64,000 nt of DNA from Bacteroidota bacterium (lineage in GTDB: Bacteria > Bacteroidota > Bacteroidia > Flavobacteriales > BACL11). A program made the position numbers and the translations under genes. This document shows positions 10,015-19,571 of this stretch, one piece after another (the stretch's first letter is position 1; each line of letters starts with the position of its first letter). Under the pieces are notes generated by a model, which saw only the letters and a program-made list of their open reading frames with translations, ran no database searches and had not been told where the DNA came from. Location: assembly GCA_036337275.1 (NCBI GenBank), contig JAYZEM010000003.1, positions 14,609 to 78,608 of the forward strand, in the 5' to 3' direction.

Positions 10015-11451
10015 TTAATAATAAGTAAGTCTTCTCACTTTAGCAATCTGCTTTGCTAAACGGATTACTTGCTTTGTATAGCCAAACTCATTATCGTACC
10101 AAGTATAAAGTACAACATCTTTACCTTCATCAGTGCAAAGGGTTGCATTGCTATCAAAAACCGAACAACATGAATCTCCAATAATATCGGTAGAGACCAA
10201 ATCAGGATCGACTTGATAATTGATTTGATTTACAAGACTCCCACTTAAGGAAGCCTCACGCATTGTATCATTTATATCCTCTGTTGATGTGGATTTGTCC
10301 AAAGTTAATTTTAAAATAGCTAAAGAAACATTTGGAGTAGGTACACGTACTGCATTGGCAGATAATTTTCCTTCTAATGATGGAATTACTTTTGTAACTG
10401 CTTTTCCAGCACCAGTTGATGTAATCACCATATTGATAGCGGCAGAACGACCTCTTCTTGGTTTCTTATGCATATTATCCAAGAGGTTCTGATCATTAGT
10501 GTAAGAGTGTACAGTTTCTAAATGCCCTTTTACAACTCCATACTTTTTTTCTACCACATCTAATATAGGAGCAATACAATTTGTAGTGCAAGAAGCTGCT
10601 GAAAAAATATTATTATTTTCAATATCTAATTCTTTCGAGTTGATTCCATAAACTATATTAGGTATACCTCCACCTGGAGCAGTTAGTAATACTTTACTTA
10701 CACCCTTTGCGTGTAAATGACGAGAAAGCGCCTGCTTTTCCTTGAAAGCACCTGTATTGTCAATTAATAATGCCTCATTAATTCCATAAGCAGTATAATC
10801 GACGTCTTCAGGATTTTTAGCATCAATAAAACGGATAACTTGTCCATTTACAATAACACTCTGATTTCCTAAATCAACCTCCACAACTCCTTTAAAAGAG
10901 CCATGAACAGAATCAGTTCTTAAAAGGTCGGCTCTTTTTATTATTTGAGCATCTGTTAATCTTCTTACAACTATGGCTTTTAACCTTAACTGTTGTCCTT
11001 TACCCGCTTGTTTAATCAATTCTCTAGCTGCTAGTCTTCCGATTCTTCCAAAACCAAACAAAATGACATCTTTTGGCTGGAGGCCTGTACTTTCGCTTAA
11101 CATTTTGCTTAATTTATCACTTAAAAAGGCGCTTGCATCTGTAGACCCACTTTCTAAATATTCTGCTGAGAGCAAACCAATATCCAATTTTGAAGGTGCT
11201 AAATCCATTTTTAGCATTTCACTAGCAAGTTTGGCGGCAGTCTGAACATCTGTTTTTCTTTTTACAACATTATTAGCATAGGCAAAAAAGTTCATCAATT
11301 CCGATACCCCAATTTCTAAAAGTTGATTTCTGAAGAGCACCAATTCTATTCCTTTATCGTACATTAAGGTGCCTACTGAGTTAAGTAAGTTTACACCTGA
11401 TTTCTCTTTGCCTATCCAATCATTTAATTGGTTTTCATAAGATGCTGCCAT
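10015..11451 (-). CDS. gapA: Glyceraldehyde-3-phosphate dehydrogenase, long form with N-terminal extension
   Basis: GFGRIGR, ASCTTNC and WYDNEFGY; about 125 extra N-terminal residues. Confidence 0.93.
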   Translation of the reverse strand: MAASYENQLNDWIGKEKSGVNLLNSVGTLMYDKGIELVLFRNQLLEIGVSELMNFFAYANNVVKRKTDVQTAAKLASEMLKMDLAPSKLDIGLLSAEYLESGSTDASAFLSDKLSKMLSESTGLQPKDVILFGFGRIGRLAARELIKQAGKGQQLRLKAIVVRRLTDAQIIKRADLLRTDSVHGSFKGVVEVDLGNQSVIVNGQVIRFIDAKNPEDVDYTAYGINEALLIDNTGAFKEKQALSRHLHAKGVSKVLLTAPGGGIPNIVYGINSKELDIENNNIFSAASCTTNCIAPILDVVEKKYGVVKGHLETVHSYTNDQNLLDNMHKKPRRGRSAAINMVITSTGAGKAVTKVIPSLEGKLSANAVRVPTPNVSLAILKLTLDKSTSTEDINDTMREASLSGSLVNQINYQVDPDLVSTDIIGDSCCSVFDSNATLCTDEGKDVVLYTWYDNEFGYTKQVIRLAKQIAKVRRLTYY

Positions 11452-11484
11452 TTTTTGTTTTATTAGTAGTTTTTAAAATTGCTG

Positions 11485-11492
11485 CAAAAATA
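11485..11492 (-). promoter_or_regulatory. -7 promoter element (TATTTTTG) for gapA
   Basis: TAnnTTTG match. Confidence 0.55.
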
Positions 11493-11587
11493 GTTTTTAT
11501 TGGTAAATAAAACATAGGATTTAATAGGATTTAGAAACCGACAAGTAATAACTAAAATGAAGTAACTATTTTTCCTACTTTTACAAC

Positions 11588-12361
11588 ATGATTATTGAAT
11601 TTCACAAATACCAAGGAACCGGCAATGATTTCATTATTATAGATGATAGAGAAGAAGTGTTTGACACAGAAGATTGCAGTCTTATATCTACACTTTGCGA
11701 AAGAAGAATGGGTATAGGGGCTGACGGTCTAATATTATTAAGAAACCATGCTGCAACTGATTTTGAAATGATTTATTTTAATGCGGACGGGAAGGAATCC
11801 TCTATGTGCGGAAATGGGGGTAGGTGTATAGTTTCTTTTGCTCAACTACTCGGAATCATTAACACCAACTGCAATTTTATGGCAATTGATGGCATTCACA
11901 AAGCTAAAATAATTGATAATGAAGTGGCTTTGCAGATGCAAGATGTAGATGAGATAAATAGAGAAGCAGATGCTTTTGTGCTAGATACAGGCTCTCCTCA
12001 TTATATTTCTATTGTGGAGAATGTTGATACTATAAATGTGCAGGAGAAAGGTGCTAAAATATCCCATGCTGCTACTTATAAAAAAGAAAGTATAAATGTA
12101 AATTTTGTGCAGTTAGGAAACCCTCCAAAGATGCGCACCTACGAAAGGGGGGTAGAGGCTGAAACCTTATCTTGCGGAACGGGAACAGTAGCTGCTGCTA
12201 TTGCCTTAGATCAAATTGATAAAGTAGAGGATAATTTAATTGAAATAACTACTGGTGGTGGCAGTTTATCTGTAAGCTTTGAGCCTTTTAAAAATACCTA
12301 TAGAAACATTTGGTTGAGCGGTGAAGCAAAGTTGGTGTATATGGGAGAATTTGCATGTTAA
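11588..12361 (+). CDS. dapF: Diaminopimelate epimerase
   Basis: GTGNDF, MCGNG and ERGV..ETLSCGTG. Confidence 0.97.
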   Translation: MIIEFHKYQGTGNDFIIIDDREEVFDTEDCSLISTLCERRMGIGADGLILLRNHAATDFEMIYFNADGKESSMCGNGGRCIVSFAQLLGIINTNCNFMAIDGIHKAKIIDNEVALQMQDVDEINREADAFVLDTGSPHYISIVENVDTINVQEKGAKISHAATYKKESINVNFVQLGNPPKMRTYERGVEAETLSCGTGTVAAAIALDQIDKVEDNLIEITTGGGSLSVSFEPFKNTYRNIWLSGEAKLVYMGEFAC

Positions 12362-12822
12362 AAACAGTAGAAATATCGCTCAGATCCTTAGAAAACAAAG
12401 ATTTAGATTTTTTGTTAGCGCTAGAAAACGATACGTCTATTTGGGGAGTTAGCGGAACTACTACTCCATTTACGGAGGTGCAAATTGAAAATTACATACA
12501 GCATGCAAAACAAGATATTGGTATTGCCGAGCAGTATAGGTATGTGATAGATTTACAAGGCAGTCCTATTGGCTGTGTAGATTTGTACAACTACAATTGG
12601 CAAAAAAAAAGGGCAGGAGTAGGTATAGTCATTACAGAAACTTACAGAAGAAAAGGCTATGCAAAACAAGCTTTACTTCAACTAATAAATTACGCTTGGA
12701 ATCATTTGCATTTGGAACAATTACATAGCAAGATTTCTCCCGAAAATAAAGGAAGTATTGCTTTGTTTTCAAAAGTTGGTTTTTTGCAAAAAGGAAACAC
12801 TCTATTTGTGTTAAATAGATGA
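12355..12822 (+). CDS. GNAT N-acetyltransferase (RimJ/RimL-like)
   Basis: YRRKGYA acetyl-CoA motif and N..SIALF.KVGF. Confidence 0.88.
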   Translation: MLKTVEISLRSLENKDLDFLLALENDTSIWGVSGTTTPFTEVQIENYIQHAKQDIGIAEQYRYVIDLQGSPIGCVDLYNYNWQKKRAGVGIVITETYRRKGYAKQALLQLINYAWNHLHLEQLHSKISPENKGSIALFSKVGFLQKGNTLFVLNR

Positions 12823-14660
12823 GAATCTTACTTATTCTATCTGTTTGTTGTTTTTTTGCTTGCCAAAGAGTTGAGGTAAAAGAGTACAAAAGCTACTTAA
12901 ACCATCATGACACTATAAGGTACATTGGAAAAGAAACATGTAAACAATGCCATTTAGAGATTTACAAGTCCTTTATGCAAACGGGTATGGGACAATCCTT
13001 ACGCCCAGCTATTAAAGCATATTCTGCTCTAGCAAATACAGTAACTGTTATTCATGATGAGGATAAAAATCTATTTTATGAACCTTTCTGGAAAAAAGAT
13101 TCTTTATGGTTGCACGAATTTCAGCTAAAAGGAAAGGATACTACCCATTCTTTAAAGCGAAAAATAAATTACATTATTGGTTCTGGACATCACACCAATT
13201 CGCATTTGTTTGAGGAAAATGGATATCTGCATCAAATACCCTACACCTATTATACGCAGGAAAAAGTTGCAGATTTACCTCCTGGTTTTGAAAAAGGAAA
13301 CAACAGTCGTTTTAGTCGAAAAATTTGCCTGGAATGTGTAACTTGCCATAATGCTAACCCTACTAATGTAGAGGGTTCTACTCATAAATATACCGTCATT
13401 CCTAATGGTATTGATTGTGAAAGATGCCATGGGCCAGGTGAGGCGCATTTGAAACAAATCCAATCTGGCAATTGGGTGGATACTTCCAAATACATTGATT
13501 ATTCCATTGTGAATCCTGGAAAACTGCCATTGGATTTACAATTTGATGTTTGTCAAAGGTGCCATTTACAAGGCACTGCTATACTTTCTGAGGGTAAATC
13601 TTTTACCGATTTCAAACCAGGGCAGCACCTAAAAGAAGTCATGGATGTGTATATACCAAAATATGAAGGAGATGAATCTTTTATTATGGCCTCGCATGTG
13701 GAAAGACTGAAAGAAAGTGCATGCTTCAAAGCAGGGGAGATGAGTTGTATTTCTTGCCACGACCCCCACAAAAGCGTGCGTACTACCACTGTAACATATT
13801 TTGACAATAAATGCATGCAATGCCATGAGATGTGCAAAGAGGAAGAATACCAAAATGATTGTGCTTCTTGCCATATGCCAGCATCTTCTTCTACTGACAT
13901 ACCACATGTAAGCATTACCGATCATAAAATTGGAATTCACCATAAAAAGGTAAAAACTGGAAAAGGAGCCTTCTTAGGGCTTTTTGCCATCAACAATGAC
14001 AACCCTAATAATTTGTCAAAAGCAAAAGCTTATTTAAAGCGTTTTGAAAGTTTTGAGCCAAACCCTATCTATTTAGATTCTGCTTTTAAGTTTTTACAAC
14101 TTTCATCTAACAATTACACTTCTTTTATAGCATATTATTATTTGAGAAATAAAAATAAAGAACTTATCAATTTTGTAATGAGTAATAAGCTAAATGATAA
14201 CAAATATTCCTGTAATGATATGGCGATGGCATATATTAGAATTGGAGAAACTTATGTTAAGGAAGGTCTGAATATTGATGCGGAAAAATTTTATAAACTA
14301 GCAATACAACTTATGCCGTATGAAATTGATTACAAAATAAAATATGGTTCATATTTGCTAAATACAGATAAAAAAGATGATGCATTTATTGTATTTACTA
14401 ATGCTTTAGAACTAAACCCTACAATAAAAGAAACCCACTTGAATTTAGGATATATTGCCTTGTTAAATGCAGAATTTGAGAAAGCAAATAATAGCTTAAA
14501 TAAAGCAATTGCATTAGACCCAAATTATGTGTTAGCATATGAAAACCTAGTTTTATCAGCCCAAATGCAAAATAATATAGTTGATGTCAAGCGTTATTTA
14601 AAGAAAATTTTGGAAATTGCTCCCAATCATAAAGCTAAGGAAATCTTACAAAACTTTTAG
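12819..14660 (+). CDS. Multiheme (7x CxxCH) c-type cytochrome lipoprotein with C-terminal TPRs
   Basis: CKQCH, CVTCH, CERCH, CQRCH, CISCH, CMQCH, CASCH; FFAC lipobox; TPR pattern (A..LNP, AI.LDP) at the C-terminus. Confidence 0.85.
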   Translation: MRILLILSVCCFFACQRVEVKEYKSYLNHHDTIRYIGKETCKQCHLEIYKSFMQTGMGQSLRPAIKAYSALANTVTVIHDEDKNLFYEPFWKKDSLWLHEFQLKGKDTTHSLKRKINYIIGSGHHTNSHLFEENGYLHQIPYTYYTQEKVADLPPGFEKGNNSRFSRKICLECVTCHNANPTNVEGSTHKYTVIPNGIDCERCHGPGEAHLKQIQSGNWVDTSKYIDYSIVNPGKLPLDLQFDVCQRCHLQGTAILSEGKSFTDFKPGQHLKEVMDVYIPKYEGDESFIMASHVERLKESACFKAGEMSCISCHDPHKSVRTTTVTYFDNKCMQCHEMCKEEEYQNDCASCHMPASSSTDIPHVSITDHKIGIHHKKVKTGKGAFLGLFAINNDNPNNLSKAKAYLKRFESFEPNPIYLDSAFKFLQLSSNNYTSFIAYYYLRNKNKELINFVMSNKLNDNKYSCNDMAMAYIRIGETYVKEGLNIDAEKFYKLAIQLMPYEIDYKIKYGSYLLNTDKKDDAFIVFTNALELNPTIKETHLNLGYIALLNAEFEKANNSLNKAIALDPNYVLAYENLVLSAQMQNNIVDVKRYLKKILEIAPNHKAKEILQNF

Positions 14661-14661
14661 T

Positions 14662-15735
14662 TTGAAAAGAAGAAGAAAATTTAAGCGTAAAAACCTGCCT
14701 TTTGTAAAAAAAGTAATCATCTCTTTTATTGGAATTATGTTTTTGTTTGCTATACTTTTAGGACACAGATTGTATAGTTATGTATATCAGCCGAATATTA
14801 AGCTAAACGACAAAGCTGAACAATTTGTTTTGATACCTACAAATTCCAAATTTTCTGATGTTGTAAGAATCCTTTCAGATAAAGGTTTACTTTTGGATAA
14901 AAACTCTTTTGAATGGGTAGCGGAAAGAAAGAATTACAAGTTTAATGTTAAAGCAGGAAGGTATTTGATAGCTAGAGAAATGAACAATAATGAATTGGTA
15001 AATATGTTGCGCTCTGGCAATCAAGTTCCTTTAAATATTAGGTTTCATAATTTAAAAACAAAGGAACAGTTAGCAGGAAAAATAGCAAGCCAATTGGAAA
15101 CTGATTCTTTATCGTTTATTCACTTAATCAATAACTCCGTTTTTCTAGATACAAATGGATTTACATTAAAGAATATAGCATCTGTTTTTATTCCAAATAC
15201 TTATGAGTTCTATTGGAACACTTCAGCCAAACAATTTGCAGCAAGAATGTTAAGAGAGTATGATGTATTTTGGAATATAGAAAGAAGAAGAAAAGCAGAA
15301 GAAAAAGGACTTACAAAAGCTGAAACCACAACATTAGCTTCTATTGTTGAATGTGAATCCTATAAAAAAGAGGAGCGGCCAATAATTGCACGCTTGTATT
15401 TGAATAGATTAGAAAAAGGGATGAAACTACAATCGGACCCTACTATAATTTTTGCGATTGGAGATTTTTCCATCAGGCGAGTTTTAACAAAAGATTTGAA
15501 AATTGATTCTCCTTACAACACCTACATTAATAAAGGGTTACCACCAGGGCCTATTTGCTTACCTTCTATCAATGCAATTGATGCAGTTTTAAACGCTACC
15601 GACAACGACTATCTTTTTATGTGTGCAAAAGAAGATTTCTCTGGCTACCATAATTTTGCAAAAACTTCCAGAGAACATAATAGAAATGCAAAAAAGTACA
15701 GAAGAGCATTAAATAAGAGAAAAATAATGCGTTAA
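14662..15735 (+). CDS. mltG: Endolytic transglycosylase MltG
   Basis: TLASIVECE, LQSDPT, SPYNTY..GLPPGPI; start probably TTG 14662 (track gives 14617). Confidence 0.95.
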   Translation: MKRRRKFKRKNLPFVKKVIISFIGIMFLFAILLGHRLYSYVYQPNIKLNDKAEQFVLIPTNSKFSDVVRILSDKGLLLDKNSFEWVAERKNYKFNVKAGRYLIAREMNNNELVNMLRSGNQVPLNIRFHNLKTKEQLAGKIASQLETDSLSFIHLINNSVFLDTNGFTLKNIASVFIPNTYEFYWNTSAKQFAARMLREYDVFWNIERRRKAEEKGLTKAETTTLASIVECESYKKEERPIIARLYLNRLEKGMKLQSDPTIIFAIGDFSIRRVLTKDLKIDSPYNTYINKGLPPGPICLPSINAIDAVLNATDNDYLFMCAKEDFSGYHNFAKTSREHNRNAKKYRRALNKRKIMR

Positions 15736-15771
15736 ATGATTAAATTCGCGAGCTCAAAAACTTAAGAAAAA

Positions 15772-17172
15772 ATGACAAAAATAAAATTTGGAACCGATGG
15801 ATGGAGGGCTATTATTGGAAAAGAATATACTACCGAGAATGTAGCAAGAGTAAGTGTTGCGGTGGGGGATTGGTTGCAAGATAAATATAAAAACCCCTCA
15901 GTAGTAATTGGGCACGATTGCCGTTTTGCTGGAGAACTCTTTACAGAAACAGCTGCAAAAGTTTTAGCTTCAAAAGGTGTAATCGTAAAAATTGCAGAAG
16001 GATTTGTGTCAACTCCAATGGTTTCTCTTGGAGTGGTTAATAAAAAAGCAAACTTAGGAGTGGTGATTACTGCTTCTCATAATCCCCCAAGCTATAACGG
16101 CTATAAACTAAAAGGTGATTTTGGAGGTCCGCTATTACCTAATGATATTGCAACTATAGAAAATAGAATCCCGGATAAAAATTCAGTTGATTTAGATGCT
16201 ATTTCTATGAAAAGTTTGGTGTTGGAAGGTAAAGTGATTTATGTGGATCTGGAAGATATGTACTGTAAACATGCTGCAACTCATTTTGATTTGAAGGAAA
16301 TTCGAAATTCAGAAATGAAATTTGCTTATGATGCTATGTATGGCGCAGGGATGAATGTTGTGAAGCGTTTACTTCCAGAAACTACTTTGCTGCATTGTGA
16401 CGATAATCCGGGGTTTTTAGGTACTGCTCCAGAGCCAATCCATAGAAATTTGCAAGAATTTTCTGATTTGATGAGAAATAATGATTTAAGTTGTGGTTTA
16501 GCAACAGATGGAGATGCAGATAGAATTGGTCTGTATGATGATAAAGGGAATTTTATTGATTCACACCATATTATTTTGCTACTCATTCATTATATGGTGA
16601 AATATAAAGGTATGACAGGGAAAGTGGTAACTGCATTTTCGTGTTCAGTAAAAGTAGAGCAAATATGCAAGCACTATGGATTAGAACAAGAAATAGTTCA
16701 AATTGGTTTTAAACATATTGCTGGGAAGATGATAACAGAAGATGTGCTTCTAGGAGGGGAGGAATCTGGAGGAATTGCTACTAAAGGTCATATTCCTGAA
16801 AGAGATGGTATTTGGATGGGACTTATCTTATTTGAATTTATGGTTAAATCAGGTAAATCATTAACTGATCTTATTCAAGAGGTATATAATATTGTAGGTA
16901 CATTTGCTTTTGAGCGTATTGATTTACATATTGAAAATGATACGAAACAGGCTATTATTGAAAATTGTAAGGCTGGCAAGTATAATCATTTTGGAGAGTA
17001 TAAGGTAGAAAGAGTAGAAACTATTGATGGATTCAAATTCTTCTTTGATGCTAATAGTTGGTTAATGATTCGTCCATCTGGCACCGAGCCTTTACTAAGA
17101 ACTTATGCAGAAGCTCCTAATCAAGAGAAAGCATTTGATATACTAGCAAAAGCCAAGGCAACTATCTTGTAA
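15772..17172 (+). CDS. Phosphoglucomutase/phosphomannomutase
   Basis: FGTDGWR, TASHNP, DGDADR, GEESGG and RPSGTEP. Confidence 0.95.
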   Translation: MTKIKFGTDGWRAIIGKEYTTENVARVSVAVGDWLQDKYKNPSVVIGHDCRFAGELFTETAAKVLASKGVIVKIAEGFVSTPMVSLGVVNKKANLGVVITASHNPPSYNGYKLKGDFGGPLLPNDIATIENRIPDKNSVDLDAISMKSLVLEGKVIYVDLEDMYCKHAATHFDLKEIRNSEMKFAYDAMYGAGMNVVKRLLPETTLLHCDDNPGFLGTAPEPIHRNLQEFSDLMRNNDLSCGLATDGDADRIGLYDDKGNFIDSHHIILLLIHYMVKYKGMTGKVVTAFSCSVKVEQICKHYGLEQEIVQIGFKHIAGKMITEDVLLGGEESGGIATKGHIPERDGIWMGLILFEFMVKSGKSLTDLIQEVYNIVGTFAFERIDLHIENDTKQAIIENCKAGKYNHFGEYKVERVETIDGFKFFFDANSWLMIRPSGTEPLLRTYAEAPNQEKAFDILAKAKATIL

Positions 17173-18044
17173 TGAGAGGGTTGTTTTTGATATTATTTCT
17201 TTCTTTTAGCACTCAATTTTATGCACAAGAAATAGAAACAAAAACTCTTAATAAAAAGCGAAAAAACATACTATTGATTTCAGAAGGAGTTGCTTATTCC
17301 GCCACATTAGTAGGACTCAATTCACTTTGGTATAAAGACTATCCTAGAAGTAATTTTCATTTTATCAATGATGATGGTGAGTGGCTACAAATGGATAAAA
17401 TGGGACATATGACATCTTCCTATTATATGGGAGTTGCTGGGATTAAAGCTTATAGGTGGGCGGGGATGAATGAGAAACAGGCAATTTGGTACGGAGGGCT
17501 TTCCGGAAGTTTTTTTCTCACTGCAGTAGAAGTACTTGATGGTTTTTCAGATCAATGGGGGGCTTCATCAGGAGATTTATTAGCCAACACTTTAGGGTCA
17601 GCACTTTGTATTTCGCAAGCCCTATATTGGAATGAGCAGAAAATAAAATTAAAATATAGTTATACTAAATCCTTTTGGGTTGATAAAAACCCTGCACAAT
17701 TAGGAGAAAATCTTCTACAGAATATGTTAAAAGATTATAATGGGCAAAAATATTGGGTGTCATTTAATATTAAGGCAATATTGAAATTAGAAAATGATTT
17801 TCCTTCATGGCTTTCCTTTTCATTTGGATATAGCGGATATGGAATGATAAATCCGTATCATGAAAAAGATGACCCTGAAAGAATAAGAGAATATTTTTTA
17901 GCATTAGATGTTGACTTAAACAAAATACAAACGAAATCGAAAATTGTAAATTCAGTTTTACATACTTTTGGATTTGTAAAATTCCCAATGCCTACTCTAG
18001 GTTACAGAAAAGGAGAAGTTTTTCTACATCCATTATTTTTCTGA
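17172..18044 (+). CDS. DUF2279 (YfiM-like) exported protein
   Basis: WLQMDKMGH, EVLDGFS..WG.S.GD..AN and KDYNGQ. Confidence 0.8.
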   Translation: MRGLFLILFLSFSTQFYAQEIETKTLNKKRKNILLISEGVAYSATLVGLNSLWYKDYPRSNFHFINDDGEWLQMDKMGHMTSSYYMGVAGIKAYRWAGMNEKQAIWYGGLSGSFFLTAVEVLDGFSDQWGASSGDLLANTLGSALCISQALYWNEQKIKLKYSYTKSFWVDKNPAQLGENLLQNMLKDYNGQKYWVSFNIKAILKLENDFPSWLSFSFGYSGYGMINPYHEKDDPERIREYFLALDVDLNKIQTKSKIVNSVLHTFGFVKFPMPTLGYRKGEVFLHPLFF

Positions 18045-18586
18045 TGAAACACAATTACAAAACAGGGGATAGGGTATTATTTATCAATGAAAATGATAAA
18101 GGAACTATTCTGATGTTTATTGGTGCTGCGAAAGCCAAAGTGTTAAACAGTAATGGTTTTGAACAAATGGTATCACTTCATGAAGTTATGGCGTTTCCAT
18201 CAGACACACATAAAGAGAATGCTTATGGTAGTTTCACAACATCAAAAGACGAGGTAGTGAAGAAGGTGAAAGACTCAAAGGGTAAGTTCAAACAATATGG
18301 AAACGATAAGATTAGTCATTTAGTTTTTAAGGCCGATTTACATATTGAAAACCTGATAGAACACTTTGAACACTTGGATAATTTTGAAATTATACAAATC
18401 CAATTAAACAGATGTAACGATTGTATTACTTTTGCTAAAAATGAAGGAATCCCAAGATTAAAATTGGTACATGGAGTAGGAAAAGGCACTTTAAAAAAAG
18501 AAATCCATTCTTTATTAAAAACTTATGGTTTACAATTTTCAGATGAGTATGGTTTTACTGAAGTGATAATTGCTTATTTTTGTTAA
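18044..18586 (+). CDS. Smr-domain protein
   Basis: DLHIE and VHGVGKGTLK Smr motif. Confidence 0.85.
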   Translation: MKHNYKTGDRVLFINENDKGTILMFIGAAKAKVLNSNGFEQMVSLHEVMAFPSDTHKENAYGSFTTSKDEVVKKVKDSKGKFKQYGNDKISHLVFKADLHIENLIEHFEHLDNFEIIQIQLNRCNDCITFAKNEGIPRLKLVHGVGKGTLKKEIHSLLKTYGLQFSDEYGFTEVIIAYFC

Positions 18587-18588
18587 TT

Positions 18589-19464
18589 ATGAAAAGATGT
18601 ATTCTTATTGGATTTTTATTTTTAAACTATTCTGCTTTTGCTCAATCTACTGCATTTATCTATGGGGGTGGAAATCTGTGCGATAATGCCGGAACAATAG
18701 ATGTGGAAATCAGCCTAACAGGAACTGCTCCTTGGAATATAGTTTATGCTATTAATGGAGTAAGCCAGCCTTCAATATCTACCTCTAGTAATCCACATAT
18801 ACTGTCCGCAAAAACAGCTGGCGTTTATACGATTGTTTCTGTATCAGATGCTGTAGGAGTTGGCACTACAAGTGGTAGTGCAATTGTAAATATTTTACAA
18901 GCACTAACTGCACAATTTACTATTACACCAGATACGCTTTCTATTATGTACCCTACAGCTAAGTTTAAAGAAAAAACTGTAAATGCTACTAGTTGGAGTT
19001 GGAATTTTGGTGATAATACTGCAATTGATAACTCACAAAACCCCATTCATACATATGATTCTGCTGTAGCTGTGTATCAGGTTACTTTAGTTGCTGCGGA
19101 TGCAAACGGATGTACAGACACTACCTTTCGTCAAATTTGGGTAAATGACGAATATTACATTTACATTCCTTCTAGTTTCACACCCGATTGGGATGGTATA
19201 AATGATAAACTTTGTTTATACTATCATGCAATTCGCGAACATACCTTTGATTTTAAAGTGTATAACATGAGGGGTGAAGTGGTGTTTTTTACTAAAAGTA
19301 TTAAAAATATGGTTTGTGACAATTTTGCAAAAAACGGCTGGGAAGGAATACATAATAAGTCAGGTAAAGAGTTGCCAACTGGTAATTATGTTTATGAAGT
19401 TTATTTCCAAGACTTTGAAGGCTGGAAGCATCATGATTTTGGATTTTTACACCTTATCCGTTAG
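18589..19464 (+). CDS. PKD-domain protein with T9SS type B C-terminal domain
   Basis: Signal peptide; WSWNFGD..NPIHTY (PKD); YIPSSFTPDWDGIND...GNYVY...LIR. Confidence 0.85.
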   Translation: MKRCILIGFLFLNYSAFAQSTAFIYGGGNLCDNAGTIDVEISLTGTAPWNIVYAINGVSQPSISTSSNPHILSAKTAGVYTIVSVSDAVGVGTTSGSAIVNILQALTAQFTITPDTLSIMYPTAKFKEKTVNATSWSWNFGDNTAIDNSQNPIHTYDSAVAVYQVTLVAADANGCTDTTFRQIWVNDEYYIYIPSSFTPDWDGINDKLCLYYHAIREHTFDFKVYNMRGEVVFFTKSIKNMVCDNFAKNGWEGIHNKSGKELPTGNYVYEVYFQDFEGWKHHDFGFLHLIR

Positions 19465-19571
19465 AAAAATCAGTCGAGAACTCCTTGGCACTAAAAGCAT
19501 ATTAATTTCTATTTGATTGTTTTATCATCTGGTTCTAATATTATCCTTCCTAAATGAGTTGGCAATCCATC

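Noticed and set aside
12602-12610. A9 run in the GNAT gene as a phase-variation site
   Set aside because: A runs are common in this AT-rich sequence (Gln-Lys-Lys codons)
14252-14260. TTATGTTAA partial XerD arm as a second dif/att site
   Set aside because: Inside coding sequence, incomplete, with no XerC arm
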